From: a virus | IMG/VR virus record: IMGVR_UViG_3300026116_000002 | Location: 1-64,000 of that record | Length of the DNA: 64,000 bases | Direction: 5' to 3' (one strand) | Part shown: one piece after another, positions 35,245 through 45,190 of the stretch | How the letters are laid out: each line of letters begins with the position of its first letter | Numbering within the stretch: the first letter of the stretch is position 1 | The notes under the pieces: model-generated | What the model saw: only the letters and a program-made list of their open reading frames with translations | What the model was told of the DNA's origin: nothing | The model's database searches: none | Program-made: the position numbers and the translations under genes

Positions 35245-36572
35245 GCGAATCGATCGAAGTGTTGCAGGCGAGGATTGCCAACTGGCAGAAGTTTTTGGAA
35301 ACGCTCCCCGCGCGGCCTGACGGAAGAGTGTTGCGCGAGTCGATACAGAGGTCGATCGAGCGGGCAGATGCGGAGATTGCCAAGCAGATCGAGACTGCCC
35401 CGCCAGTCAACGAACCAGGGCCGGGAGAAGGTCCGATCGCATGGCCGACTGACAAGATCGTAATCCCGGCCATCGCAAAGGCGGTTGGCGAAGTGGTCAA
35501 CAAAGGGCTGTTGCCGGAAGTTGAGCGGCAGAAGGTGACTGCGAGCGGGCCGAAAGCGTTCTTTGGGCCGCAGGATGGCAATCTTATGTGGGCGCGTCCA
35601 ACGATCGTACAAGCTCAGGATCAGCGGCAGGATAGCATGTTCGGTATCGACTCCCTTATGGCCGCGCTCAAAGAGAAGCACCAAGCCGAGATCGAGGCGA
35701 TCAAGGCTCAGTACGCTGCTCAAGTTGCCATGGCGACAGTCCCGCCTGTTCGTCGAACTAAGATACCGGCTAATCCGAAGATCGGAGTTGCCATCTGTAC
35801 GTACGGTTCTGTGCCTTATGTCCATCTCGGACTGGAATGCCTTAAACGACATGAGCCGGGGGTACCTGTTCTGATACATGACGACAGTTCACCGGACCAG
35901 GAGAAGCTGCGGCAACTCGCGGCTATGTACGGGGCTGATTTTGTGTCGACTGACTATCGCAAAGCGCCGACTGTGGGCGACTTGTCCGGGTTTGTTGAAG
36001 GTCTCCGATGGGGGGCTGACAGGCTTGATATCGTCATAAAGCTGTCGAGACGGTTTATTATTGACAAACCGTGGGCCTCGGACCTTGGGGCACTATTCCA
36101 TAATACGCAGTATGGCACAGCTTGCGCGCCTGATTCTGCATGGCAATGGGGCATGAGGAGCGAAGCGACCGGGCTTCATGTTAGCTCATGGATTAATAGC
36201 GGTATGATGGCACGCATGGAAGAAGCTGTTCGGTCGAACGTCCAGCCTCATTCGCTGCCCGAGGCTTTTATCCATGAGTGCGCTCGCGAGGTTCATAAGT
36301 GGCTTCACCCCGAAGACGAGTCAATCTCTCGCTGGAATGAGCGCGACCACCCTGATTGCGACTGGACGGTCAGAAGTGAAAAGACCTTTAACCGCCCCGT
36401 CAATTACGACAGCTACGTATGGTGGGTCAGTGTTATGGGCCTAGCACGAACGCAGCTTATTCCGAATGTCTATTGGCATGACTCGTGGAGCAATCGAGAA
36501 TACGGTGCGTTTGCGAGGTCGATCGGATTGAACTATACCGATGATGACTTTTACGTCCAACCCGGCAACTAA
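35241..36572 (+). CDS. GT2-like glycosyltransferase with N-terminal extension; paralog of 33448
   Basis: IGVAICTYGSVPYVHLGL...VLIHDDSS; VGDLSGF; VIKLSRRF. Confidence 0.75.
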   Translation: MSESIEVLQARIANWQKFLETLPARPDGRVLRESIQRSIERADAEIAKQIETAPPVNEPGPGEGPIAWPTDKIVIPAIAKAVGEVVNKGLLPEVERQKVTASGPKAFFGPQDGNLMWARPTIVQAQDQRQDSMFGIDSLMAALKEKHQAEIEAIKAQYAAQVAMATVPPVRRTKIPANPKIGVAICTYGSVPYVHLGLECLKRHEPGVPVLIHDDSSPDQEKLRQLAAMYGADFVSTDYRKAPTVGDLSGFVEGLRWGADRLDIVIKLSRRFIIDKPWASDLGALFHNTQYGTACAPDSAWQWGMRSEATGLHVSSWINSGMMARMEEAVRSNVQPHSLPEAFIHECAREVHKWLHPEDESISRWNERDHPDCDWTVRSEKTFNRPVNYDSYVWWVSVMGLARTQLIPNVYWHDSWSNREYGAFARSIGLNYTDDDFYVQPGN

Positions 36573-36577
36573 TTAGT

Positions 36578-37636
36578 ATGACCTACCCACGCGAAATCGC
36601 CATTATTTCAAGGCAATGCCCTGGAGACACAACGATGGTGTCAGCCGCTATCAAGGCATTGCATCAGTGCCACCCTGGAATGTTCAGAACTCAGTTCATA
36701 GGCCATTACGGCTCAGGGTCCGATACGCCTCCGGGTAATAATTTATTTGCTGGAAACCCTCATGATAGTCGCATTGACTTAGCACGTGCGCAGCACATTA
36801 CGATAGACTATGGGCCAGCCATCCAACAATGCGGCAGACCGTATCATTTCTTGGAAGGCCCAAAGGAAGATATGGAGCGCAAGCTCGGCGTCAAGATCGA
36901 CATCAAGGAGTTTCGCGGCGACATCTATTTGTCTGACGAAGAGATGAAACCTTGGCCGGGGCTGGCCGAGCGCTATGCGCTTATCAATGCGGGCTACAAG
37001 AACGACTTCACGGCAAAGATGTGGAGTCACTACCGGTACCAAGAAGTAGTCAATGCCACCAAGGATGAAATCCAGTGGGTACAGGTCGGCAGCGCTAACG
37101 ACAATCACCGTCCGCTCGAAAACGTTATTAACCTCGTAGGTCAAACCAACATTCGTCAAATGTGCCAGGTGATGTACCGCGCGGCGTTCGTGGTATGCCC
37201 CGTGACATTTCATATGCACTTAGCAGCAGCCGTGCCTACGCCAGAGGACGGACCTCGTGAAATGCCATTGACTATCGGGCAGTTGCATGAGCGCTATTGG
37301 CATGAGCGACAAGCACAGCTTAGTAAAGGGCCGGGGCCACAACCGTTACCGGGCGGTCAACGGAAAGTCAGGCCGTGTATCGTTTTGGCAGGGCAAAGGG
37401 AGCCTGTGCACTACGATGCTGGCTATCCCGGCAATATCGTGTTAGGTGCGACTGGCAAGCTTAAATGTGGCGTCGGAGTCGGGCAGTCCTGCTGGCGCAA
37501 CAAGACTGTGCCAGTCGACAGCGATATGAACCTGTGCATGAAGCCTTTGCCTGACGAAGAGGGGTTTGCTGTGCCAGAATGCCTTCATCGTGTCAATAGT
37601 TCGGACGTAATAGCAGCCGTTCGCACGTTGTTATAG
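36578..37636 (+). CDS. Glycosyltransferase, GT9 (heptosyltransferase-like)
   Basis: PGDTTMVSAAIKAL; INAGYKNDFTAKMW; WVQVG; INLVGQTNIRQ; TFHMHLAAA. Confidence 0.85.
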   Translation: MTYPREIAIISRQCPGDTTMVSAAIKALHQCHPGMFRTQFIGHYGSGSDTPPGNNLFAGNPHDSRIDLARAQHITIDYGPAIQQCGRPYHFLEGPKEDMERKLGVKIDIKEFRGDIYLSDEEMKPWPGLAERYALINAGYKNDFTAKMWSHYRYQEVVNATKDEIQWVQVGSANDNHRPLENVINLVGQTNIRQMCQVMYRAAFVVCPVTFHMHLAAAVPTPEDGPREMPLTIGQLHERYWHERQAQLSKGPGPQPLPGGQRKVRPCIVLAGQREPVHYDAGYPGNIVLGATGKLKCGVGVGQSCWRNKTVPVDSDMNLCMKPLPDEEGFAVPECLHRVNSSDVIAAVRTLL

Positions 37637-37655
37637 TTATGCGGTACAATGAGGC

Positions 37656-38408
37656 ATGGCTACTGGACTATATTACGCGGAAGAATCCCGCGTTAGGCTC
37701 GGGGAATCGCTTTCGACAGCCGCAGCGCAGCAGTCGATGTTGTATTCAGCGCACGCTCGCCGCGTAGCCAACCGCATTGCAAAAAAGACCTACTGCCTCT
37801 ATCTGACCTCGACCGTCGACATCATCAACGGCCAAGCCTTCTACCCGATCCCGCATCGCCCGTTCCGCCTTGACACCGTTTGTGTCAACGACGGCAATGG
37901 CAACATCTTCCCGGTTTCCGGCTTGACCTACGCGCAGGCTGACAGTATGTACTACAACTGGCGCAGTCAGACGGTAGCCCCGCTCAATCAGGCAGGCAAC
38001 CTGCCGGTCTATCAAGGTGTCCCGGTCAACTACATTGACGACGGAGCCAAGACACTGATCCTGCTACCCGTACCTAACTACAATGCGCAGGCGGGCTTGC
38101 TCGTCACCGGCTACTTTGGTGTCGACAAATGGTGGGACATGTCCGACGAATGCCCGCTGCCGCAGGACGAGCAGTACGGCGAGGTGCTTGTCTACGGTAT
38201 CTGTGCCGAGCGAGCGCTTGAGCTAAAGAAGATCGACTCGTCCTATGCGTCCGTGCAGGCCGACTACGAGTCAAAATACAAGCGTGGGATACTTGACCTC
38301 TACAAGCAAGCGCTCGGGGCGAATGAGGCGAGGCGCAGCGCTATTCCGACGCTCGGGAAGAGGCTCGGATACTGTGACGGTGTGGCCGTATGGGGAGGCA
38401 CTGAGTAA
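37656..38408 (+). CDS. Head-tail adaptor (tail tubular A-like)
   Basis: GQAFYPIP...GVPVNY...ILLPVPN...LVYG pattern; position. Confidence 0.65.
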   Translation: MATGLYYAEESRVRLGESLSTAAAQQSMLYSAHARRVANRIAKKTYCLYLTSTVDIINGQAFYPIPHRPFRLDTVCVNDGNGNIFPVSGLTYAQADSMYYNWRSQTVAPLNQAGNLPVYQGVPVNYIDDGAKTLILLPVPNYNAQAGLLVTGYFGVDKWWDMSDECPLPQDEQYGEVLVYGICAERALELKKIDSSYASVQADYESKYKRGILDLYKQALGANEARRSAIPTLGKRLGYCDGVAVWGGTE

Positions 38409-39166
38409 TGGGGCAAACCGGCCAGGACATATTCAACCAAGTAGCCACCTTTCTCAGCTTAACCGCGAAGTCTCTGCCTGTTGCCGCGCAGATGTCCGAT
38501 GGCACAGGAGAGAGCACCACCCCGGTCATTGATGGAACGACACAGGTGTGTCTATGGATCACGGAAGGCATGGAGCGCCTTGCTCGGTTGTGTGTGCCGA
38601 TTACCGACACTGCGATCTCCACAGCCACGACTGCGGGGCCAAACGGCATTGTCGGCCCGTTCACGAATATCCAGAGTACATCGTCGAGAACGCTATACGT
38701 CCCGACGTTCGTCAGTATAGGGTCCAATCTGCTGGCGCAGACTAACCTTGGCTTCCTAAATAATATGATCTGGTTTCCTCCTACGCCAGACGGAGACCCG
38801 ATAGCTTGGACTGACACCACGACTTATATCGACCTGTCATACTTTACTACTCAGCCGACGTTCAATATCCAGGGCTATTTCTTGCCAATACCCGTTAACT
38901 CTTTGACTGATCCGATTGACCCGTTTTTTGACGATAACGTAAGACTGGCCACTGCGTACTACGTAGCATGGAGAGTGTGTGCGAAAAATCGAGATAACGC
39001 AGTCTTGCAAGCTCGGGAAATGCCATGCTTAATAGAGTTTGCAAAGTTAGTTAAAGAGACCTATGACCGGTTAGTTTTAACTGATAGCACCCTGTCTCCA
39101 ATTTGGCCCCCTGTTGAAATGGATTCAATCATTCAGTTAACTAAACAATCGGTTCCGAGGACCTGA
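38408..39166 (+). CDS. Second adaptor-like virion protein
   Basis: WITEGMERL...GDPIAW...LATAYYVAWR; similar architecture to 37656. Confidence 0.6.
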   Translation: MGQTGQDIFNQVATFLSLTAKSLPVAAQMSDGTGESTTPVIDGTTQVCLWITEGMERLARLCVPITDTAISTATTAGPNGIVGPFTNIQSTSSRTLYVPTFVSIGSNLLAQTNLGFLNNMIWFPPTPDGDPIAWTDTTTYIDLSYFTTQPTFNIQGYFLPIPVNSLTDPIDPFFDDNVRLATAYYVAWRVCAKNRDNAVLQAREMPCLIEFAKLVKETYDRLVLTDSTLSPIWPPVEMDSIIQLTKQSVPRT

Positions 39167-39971
39167 CCCGTCTCAGAGGAGGTGTATTAACTGCTTCTTC
39201 CACAGTCCATCCGAGCTTAAATATACGATTCCACATCATACCAGCAGGGAGATTAGTATCAGCTTCTAGTGTTACCAATGGGACTCGCTTGCCTTTATAT
39301 GATACAATAACCGTAGACCTCTTATTTGCATCTTGTTCAACACGCGTTGCCCATTTAACATTACCGGAAGCATAGTTGCCGTCATTGTCGATACGCTCTA
39401 TACTGTGGCGCTTTGTTGGCCTAACTCCGACCTCGGCAAAAAAGTCGGCAAACGATGTAAACTCGCACTTAATACCGCGCCCCCCATAATACTTAAATGC
39501 AGGTGTCTTAGGATCGCGACATCGCTGTTTTAAGGATTGAAATACATTGTATTCTGCTGGGTGTAATGTCCGAAGCGGAGAAATCCTAGCTTTATTAAAC
39601 TCAAGGAGCACGCAACCGCAAGACTGGCTATGTCCGCGCCTTAGATTTTTGCCACAAACGGATTTTTCTTTACCGCAGCTGCATCGGCACAGCCAATACT
39701 TTTGATTGCCACGTTTCTCGTCAAAAGCAATAACTGTCCATCGTGAAAACTGAAGACCTAACATGTCTGTTGTGTTGACTGTATGTAATTGCTTCGCAAG
39801 ACAACCGCATGACTTTGTGCTGCCGTTTCTTAAATACGGCAACGCTGCCACAACAGTAGAACCACACGAGCAGTTGCAAATCCACCATGATTTAGCACGT
39901 TCGTTATGGGAATATTTTATAGCTGTAAGGTTACCGTAGGTTCGGCCGGTAATATCTATTTTATTTCTCAT
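39141..39971 (-). mobile_element. Free-standing HNH homing endonuclease gene
   Basis: Two WxCxCxCG...SCGC repeats; LKQRC...YYGGRGI...HSIERIDNDGNYASGNVKWAT; antisense to the operon, AT-richer. Confidence 0.9.
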
Positions 39972-40049
39972 GAATAAAGTATACCATAAAAATCAAACCC
40001 ATTTACTCAGCTATGCAACTTATGAAGCAGTCAGTGCCGAGGACGTAGC

Positions 40050-41273
40050 ATGATCCAGAAGCGCATAGTTTTAGTTCAGGGAAGTCCTAGCCCATTTGTT
40101 GTCCCGAGTGACTTTGGATCGTTGGTTTCCATCGAGTGCCTCGGAAGCGGCGGCACTGCCGGTACCGGCTCTGGCGCATACCTTGGCGGTGGGTCGGGCG
40201 GCGGGGCATACGCTAAGATTACCACTCTGTCAGCGATTGCGGCAGGGAATACTTACGCATTTAACATAGCCCCTGCGACTGATACGTGGTTTGATACTGT
40301 AGGGACTGTATTGGCTAAGTGCGGAAGCAGCACAAGTAGCATCGCGGGGGCGACCGGAGGTCAGGCGTCGTCTTCGATTGGCACTACCAAGTTCAGCGGC
40401 GGCAACGGCGGCAATGGCTTTGCTGGCGGGTCATTGTCTGCGGGAGGTGGCGGCGGTGGCGCGGCTGGTCCGAACGGCGCAGGCGTAAATGGCACCAATG
40501 CGTCATCTGGTGTCGGCGGCACCGGGGGCGCAGGAGACAACGGTTTCGGCGGGGCAGGCGGGGCAGGCGGTGTCACTTTTGGCCCTTCGTTCCCGCCAGT
40601 GACCGGAGTGTCAGGCAGTCATGGTACGGAGTACAGTTCGACACTAGGCTGTGGCGGCGGCGGCGGCGGTGCAGTTGGCGGGCTTGGCAGCGGTTCCTAT
40701 GGCGGATCAGGCGGCTACTACGGGGCAGGTGCGGGCTATGGGTATCCTGGCGATCAAGGATTACCCGGTTTCATCATATTCACGTATAACAGTGCACTGA
40801 CACCAATCATGTGCAGAAAGTGCGTACGACTTGCCGAGCCAAATGACACGACTATAGAGCAGAGCTATCCGTCACCGTACTTCTTACAAGTCACCGTGAA
40901 CATGCCGCTCAGTCTCGTGCAGCAGTACGCGGCGTTAATTCCTACCACCGGCCCTGACACACTGGTTATCAACTACTTCGACAGCCTTGGTCAGCCGCAA
41001 CAATTAACGCGCAGTCTTACCCTCTGGATGTCGGAGAACGGGTACTGCTTCATCGGAAGCGATAGCGCTTCTCAGTTCCTGATTGCCTCGGTTAACCCGA
41101 CGTTCTGGCAAGCTAATGCGGCGACGATTAATGCCCGCAATAGCGGTGCAAACGCGACAGCGCTCTTGCCATGCTGCAACGTAGATCGCTACGGTGCTAA
41201 CACCTTGCTCGATGGTCAGGCGATCCCGCCGCTATTCGTGTACGATGGGGTCGTTATTCCTACTCCTAACTAA
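40050..41273 (+). CDS. Glycine-rich virion/tail protein
   Basis: IECLGSGG...GGGSGGGAYAK...GGGGGGAAG domain. Confidence 0.75.
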   Translation: MIQKRIVLVQGSPSPFVVPSDFGSLVSIECLGSGGTAGTGSGAYLGGGSGGGAYAKITTLSAIAAGNTYAFNIAPATDTWFDTVGTVLAKCGSSTSSIAGATGGQASSSIGTTKFSGGNGGNGFAGGSLSAGGGGGGAAGPNGAGVNGTNASSGVGGTGGAGDNGFGGAGGAGGVTFGPSFPPVTGVSGSHGTEYSSTLGCGGGGGGAVGGLGSGSYGGSGGYYGAGAGYGYPGDQGLPGFIIFTYNSALTPIMCRKCVRLAEPNDTTIEQSYPSPYFLQVTVNMPLSLVQQYAALIPTTGPDTLVINYFDSLGQPQQLTRSLTLWMSENGYCFIGSDSASQFLIASVNPTFWQANAATINARNSGANATALLPCCNVDRYGANTLLDGQAIPPLFVYDGVVIPTPN

Positions 41274-44200
41274 TGTCAAACCAGAATGACAATCCGTATC
41301 GACCTAGCGGGGCCACGTCAATGGACGAGGCCCGCCCCCTTGTCGGGATCGACCTTTATTCAGACCCTCAGAGCATGTCTGGAGAGATGCTGCTCGACGC
41401 ACAGAACTTCGTCAACCTCGACGGCAGGCTGTTCGTGCGTCCGGGTCTCATGGGGTTGTTCGGCGGAAATCCGCCATCGTCAAGCTCGTCGATGTCGGGC
41501 GCTAGTTCGTCATCGTCTAATGGCTGGTACGACGTAGGCAATACCCTCTACTCGGTCCCGAGCGGCGGGCCGTCGTACGGCCTCGATTACCTCGAAGACG
41601 GCAACGGAAACGCGTGGATTATCTTCGTCAACGGCGGGAAAATCTACAAGACTCAAGAGGGTTCAGGTGGGTACACCGAACTCCTCGACACGAGCCGACA
41701 GTCGTACAACTTCAACGGGCCGCTCACCGATAGCTCGAAGTTCGGCAACTTCCTCTACCTTGCGGACGGCGCTCATCCGACAACGCGTATCACGCTAAAC
41801 GGAGGGTTCCCTGCGTATGAAATGTATGCGCCAGGAGCAGTACCCCCAGATAACAATCCGAAGGTATCTCCGCTCGTCACCCTGACCAACACCCCGCTCT
41901 GGGCGGCCAACAACGCGGCCAACTGGAGTTTTGACGGTCAGGCGACTCCGTACTCTAACATTGCCCCCAACGCGGGGCAGGACTTATCCGGCAACACCCA
42001 GGTCATCAACGGAAGCAACCTGCGCGGTAACGGGTGGGTCGTCACTGGAGAGGAAGGCCCGCGCAGAGGCGGATACCCCGACGAGGTAAATGTCATCGGG
42101 GCCGGGGTGAACATCTGCGTTGCCGGCACTCCTCCTGGCGGGGCGTCTACGGGTCAGGGCGGCTTGATTAATGTCCAGGCGCTATCCGGGAATAGCTCGC
42201 TCTACCCGTCAAGGTTTCACATACTACTGTACTGCGTCAAGAATGACTTTGGCAGCAATCCGAACTCGTACAGTGCCAACTGCTTCATCACGCCCTACGA
42301 CGCGGGAGGGAACCGGCTAGGGGCCGCATTCGCGATTGCGATCAACCCACCGGGCAACACAGGGCTTGTCATAGACACCGTGGCTGACTTTAGCGGGTTT
42401 GGCCCATCGGTGGCTGGCATCACCGTGCAGATCGTAGCCAACAATACCAACAGTGTTGGCAACCTGTACGTAGGGCCGATTTCCATCACTCCGGTCAGCG
42501 TTCAGACCACGTTTGTGACCGGCACTAGCGCGGTGAACATTTACCCGAGCTTGAGCGGAAGCCAGATCATCGCGAGCAGTTCGTCTTCGGTCGCAGGGTC
42601 TAGCTCATCATCGATGTCGGGCACGGGGGTTACAATATCCAATCCGCCGTCCGATCTTGGCACCACGCTAGATTATCAGGGCACCAGCCTGATATTCACG
42701 TTCCCGATTGGCAGTTCTTCGTCGTCTATGTCCGGGGCGTCAAGCAGTAGTTCCGGCACGCCAGAGGGAGGATCAGACCTCTCACGTGTCAACCAATTGG
42801 TGATAACACTCGGGCCAACTGGCGTTGTGAACTCATGGGCTAACCTGTCGTTCTCGCTATCGCTCAGGCAGGCGACAGGCGGCAGCGGGTCGCGGTACAT
42901 CCTGGCTGACAACGGCGTCTCCGTCTCGTCCGATGGAACCGCATTGGTTTGCGACATCTCAACACTACCCACGAGCGACCTCACGAACATCATCGGCTTC
43001 AAGCTCACGTTTCTGTCGAATGTTGTCTGGAACTCGCCGTTCTACGCGCTCCAGCTTGGCCCGGTAATCACCCCTGGCAACCTGTCTGAAAACGATGCGG
43101 GCTACGTGTACTACACAACCGAGACTGCGGTGATCGACAGCCAGAACCGTGTCGAGTCGAACCCGTCGCTGCCTTCCGAGACGTTGAACCCATCATTTAG
43201 CGCGGCGGAAGTTCTGCTGACGATTCCGACAGGAAGCCCGTGGAATGCGCCGACGAACCAGTACAACATCTACCGGCTAGGCGGCGTCGACACGTACCCG
43301 ATACTGGTGGCATCGGTCAGCAAGACGGTGAGTGTAGCCTACGGCGCGGACCCGACAAACCCATATTACTCGTGGAATGCGATCACAGGGCAATTCCTCG
43401 ACAACACGCCCGATCTCTTCCTGTCGACCGCGCCCTTGCTCTCGTTCTCGAAAGACCCGATGCCGCCCAACGCGCAGGCGATCGAGGTGTGGCAGGGACG
43501 GCTGTGGGTCGCTGTCGGCAACCGTATCTATGCGTCGTGGCTCGCCAATAGCGACAACAGCGCCCCGCTGATGACGACGTACATCCAGAACACGGATGAC
43601 CCGAACATCGAGATCGAGGGGGCCAACTTCCCGATTGACCCCGACTCGTCTAACCCGGTCGTACGACTTGTCAAGATCGGAACGCCAATCGCATCGGGCA
43701 ATCAGTTCGGAGGCGTACTGATAGCGTTCAACAAGCGCAGTGTCTACTTTGTGCAGGGTGAGCAGGCGACCGACTTCACTTGCAAGCCCTATCCGTATGC
43801 GGCCGGTATTGGGCTTGTGGCGTTTCGCGGGGTGGCCGTAGTATCGGCCAGTCAAGCGTACTTCATGGGGCCGGATCGTATACACGTCTGCCCGCCACAG
43901 GGCTATGAGTACTACACGACCGGCGTCGAGGCCGACAACCCGCAGCAGGACATCGGACTGCTTATCAAGCCAGCGCTCTATCCGTCGCCGCCGAATACGC
44001 CTCTGCAAAACTCGATCGCCTTTGCGCAATCATTCCTGATGTGGCATAGCTCGCGGCTTTACCTCGGATGCCCGAACCCCGGCGATACGAGCAACGACGT
44101 GCTCTGGATATACGACTTCCTCACTCCGGGATGGCTCAGGTGGACCGGCCCGACATCGTTCGGTAGCAGCAGTAGCTCGTCGCCTGGAAGCAGTAGCTCG

Positions 44201-44749
44201 TCGAGTGGTGGCGGGTTGGCCGTCTCCGGTATCCCGATGGCATTCGGCAATGCACTCAGCTTGCCGCCTATCCCCGGCACTACGGGGGCGGCGTACAACC
44301 TGTACCTATTCGGATTAAACGGGCAAGTCTACCAAAATATTGGGGCAGTGGACATCGCGACACCGCTATCTGCTGCCACTAATATCCCTTGGTTGGCACT
44401 TATTCACGCCATGCGACCCGGTTTCTTTGTCAGATATCGCAAACGTCCGCTATACTATATGAGAGCGCGGTTGGAATGGTACTTGATTGACCTCGTATTT
44501 ACGGGCACGGTGACCATGGTCGCGCAAGCTTATACGGCGGGCATTCAGTCGCCGGTTCCGATCGCAGGGGCAGTCAACACGCAGTACTACCAGCTAGCAA
44601 GCCTCGGTAGGCCATTCACGGTGTACGTACCACCGGGACTGATCGAAGGCGACATGGTAACGATACAGATTTCGGGGCAGGCTAACGCGCCAGCATACCT
44701 TCGTGGCGTGAGAGGCATGATCTCTCAGACCAATTACGAGCATACCTGA
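41273..44749 (+). CDS. Tail nozzle/stabilisation protein (P22 gp10, tail tubular B-like) with poly-Ser inserts
   Basis: LLDAQNF...LFVRPG, VESNPS, YNIYR, WQGRLWV; four Ser-rich tracts. Confidence 0.7.
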   Translation: MSNQNDNPYRPSGATSMDEARPLVGIDLYSDPQSMSGEMLLDAQNFVNLDGRLFVRPGLMGLFGGNPPSSSSSMSGASSSSSNGWYDVGNTLYSVPSGGPSYGLDYLEDGNGNAWIIFVNGGKIYKTQEGSGGYTELLDTSRQSYNFNGPLTDSSKFGNFLYLADGAHPTTRITLNGGFPAYEMYAPGAVPPDNNPKVSPLVTLTNTPLWAANNAANWSFDGQATPYSNIAPNAGQDLSGNTQVINGSNLRGNGWVVTGEEGPRRGGYPDEVNVIGAGVNICVAGTPPGGASTGQGGLINVQALSGNSSLYPSRFHILLYCVKNDFGSNPNSYSANCFITPYDAGGNRLGAAFAIAINPPGNTGLVIDTVADFSGFGPSVAGITVQIVANNTNSVGNLYVGPISITPVSVQTTFVTGTSAVNIYPSLSGSQIIASSSSSVAGSSSSSMSGTGVTISNPPSDLGTTLDYQGTSLIFTFPIGSSSSSMSGASSSSSGTPEGGSDLSRVNQLVITLGPTGVVNSWANLSFSLSLRQATGGSGSRYILADNGVSVSSDGTALVCDISTLPTSDLTNIIGFKLTFLSNVVWNSPFYALQLGPVITPGNLSENDAGYVYYTTETAVIDSQNRVESNPSLPSETLNPSFSAAEVLLTIPTGSPWNAPTNQYNIYRLGGVDTYPILVASVSKTVSVAYGADPTNPYYSWNAITGQFLDNTPDLFLSTAPLLSFSKDPMPPNAQAIEVWQGRLWVAVGNRIYASWLANSDNSAPLMTTYIQNTDDPNIEIEGANFPIDPDSSNPVVRLVKIGTPIASGNQFGGVLIAFNKRSVYFVQGEQATDFTCKPYPYAAGIGLVAFRGVAVVSASQAYFMGPDRIHVCPPQGYEYYTTGVEADNPQQDIGLLIKPALYPSPPNTPLQNSIAFAQSFLMWHSSRLYLGCPNPGDTSNDVLWIYDFLTPGWLRWTGPTSFGSSSSSSPGSSSSSSGGGLAVSGIPMAFGNALSLPPIPGTTGAAYNLYLFGLNGQVYQNIGAVDIATPLSAATNIPWLALIHAMRPGFFVRYRKRPLYYMRARLEWYLIDLVFTGTVTMVAQAYTAGIQSPVPIAGAVNTQYYQLASLGRPFTVYVPPGLIEGDMVTIQISGQANAPAYLRGVRGMISQTNYEHT

Positions 44750-44775
44750 TCTATAAACAAAGGCGGTGATATTCA

Positions 44776-45186
44776 ATGGGAATGGGTGAACACGGCGGCA
44801 ATCCAACATTCGGCGGCTTGCCAACACCGTATTATCAGCAGATTACGGCGGCTTGGCAGCAGATCAATTTCCCGAGCGTTGCGCCGAAGACAGGCCGCAA
44901 TCCGGTACAGGGCAGCGCCAACGGGCGGCGTCGGTTTATCTACGTCACACAGCCGATCTTCCTGTCGGGCAGTCCGACAGGGGCAGACGCTTTCCCGATC
45001 GACGTAGGCATCTACTGGGAATGTACCACCAGGGCACCGATGTACTTCGCGGCGGCGACCGCGCCGTTCAATGTGGCTACGCAGTCAAGTTCGTCGTCAG
45101 TCAACACGGTCTATTCGTCAAGCTCATCGTCGAACGGCATAATTACCACGTTCGGGTTCCTGTTCGCTTGCGAAGAAGGGACGTAA
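44776..45186 (+). CDS. Small putative virion protein with poly-Ser tracts
   Basis: QSSSSSVNTVYSSSSSSNG. Confidence 0.6.
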   Translation: MGMGEHGGNPTFGGLPTPYYQQITAAWQQINFPSVAPKTGRNPVQGSANGRRRFIYVTQPIFLSGSPTGADAFPIDVGIYWECTTRAPMYFAAATAPFNVATQSSSSSVNTVYSSSSSSNGIITTFGFLFACEEGT

Positions 45187-45190
45187 TCTC

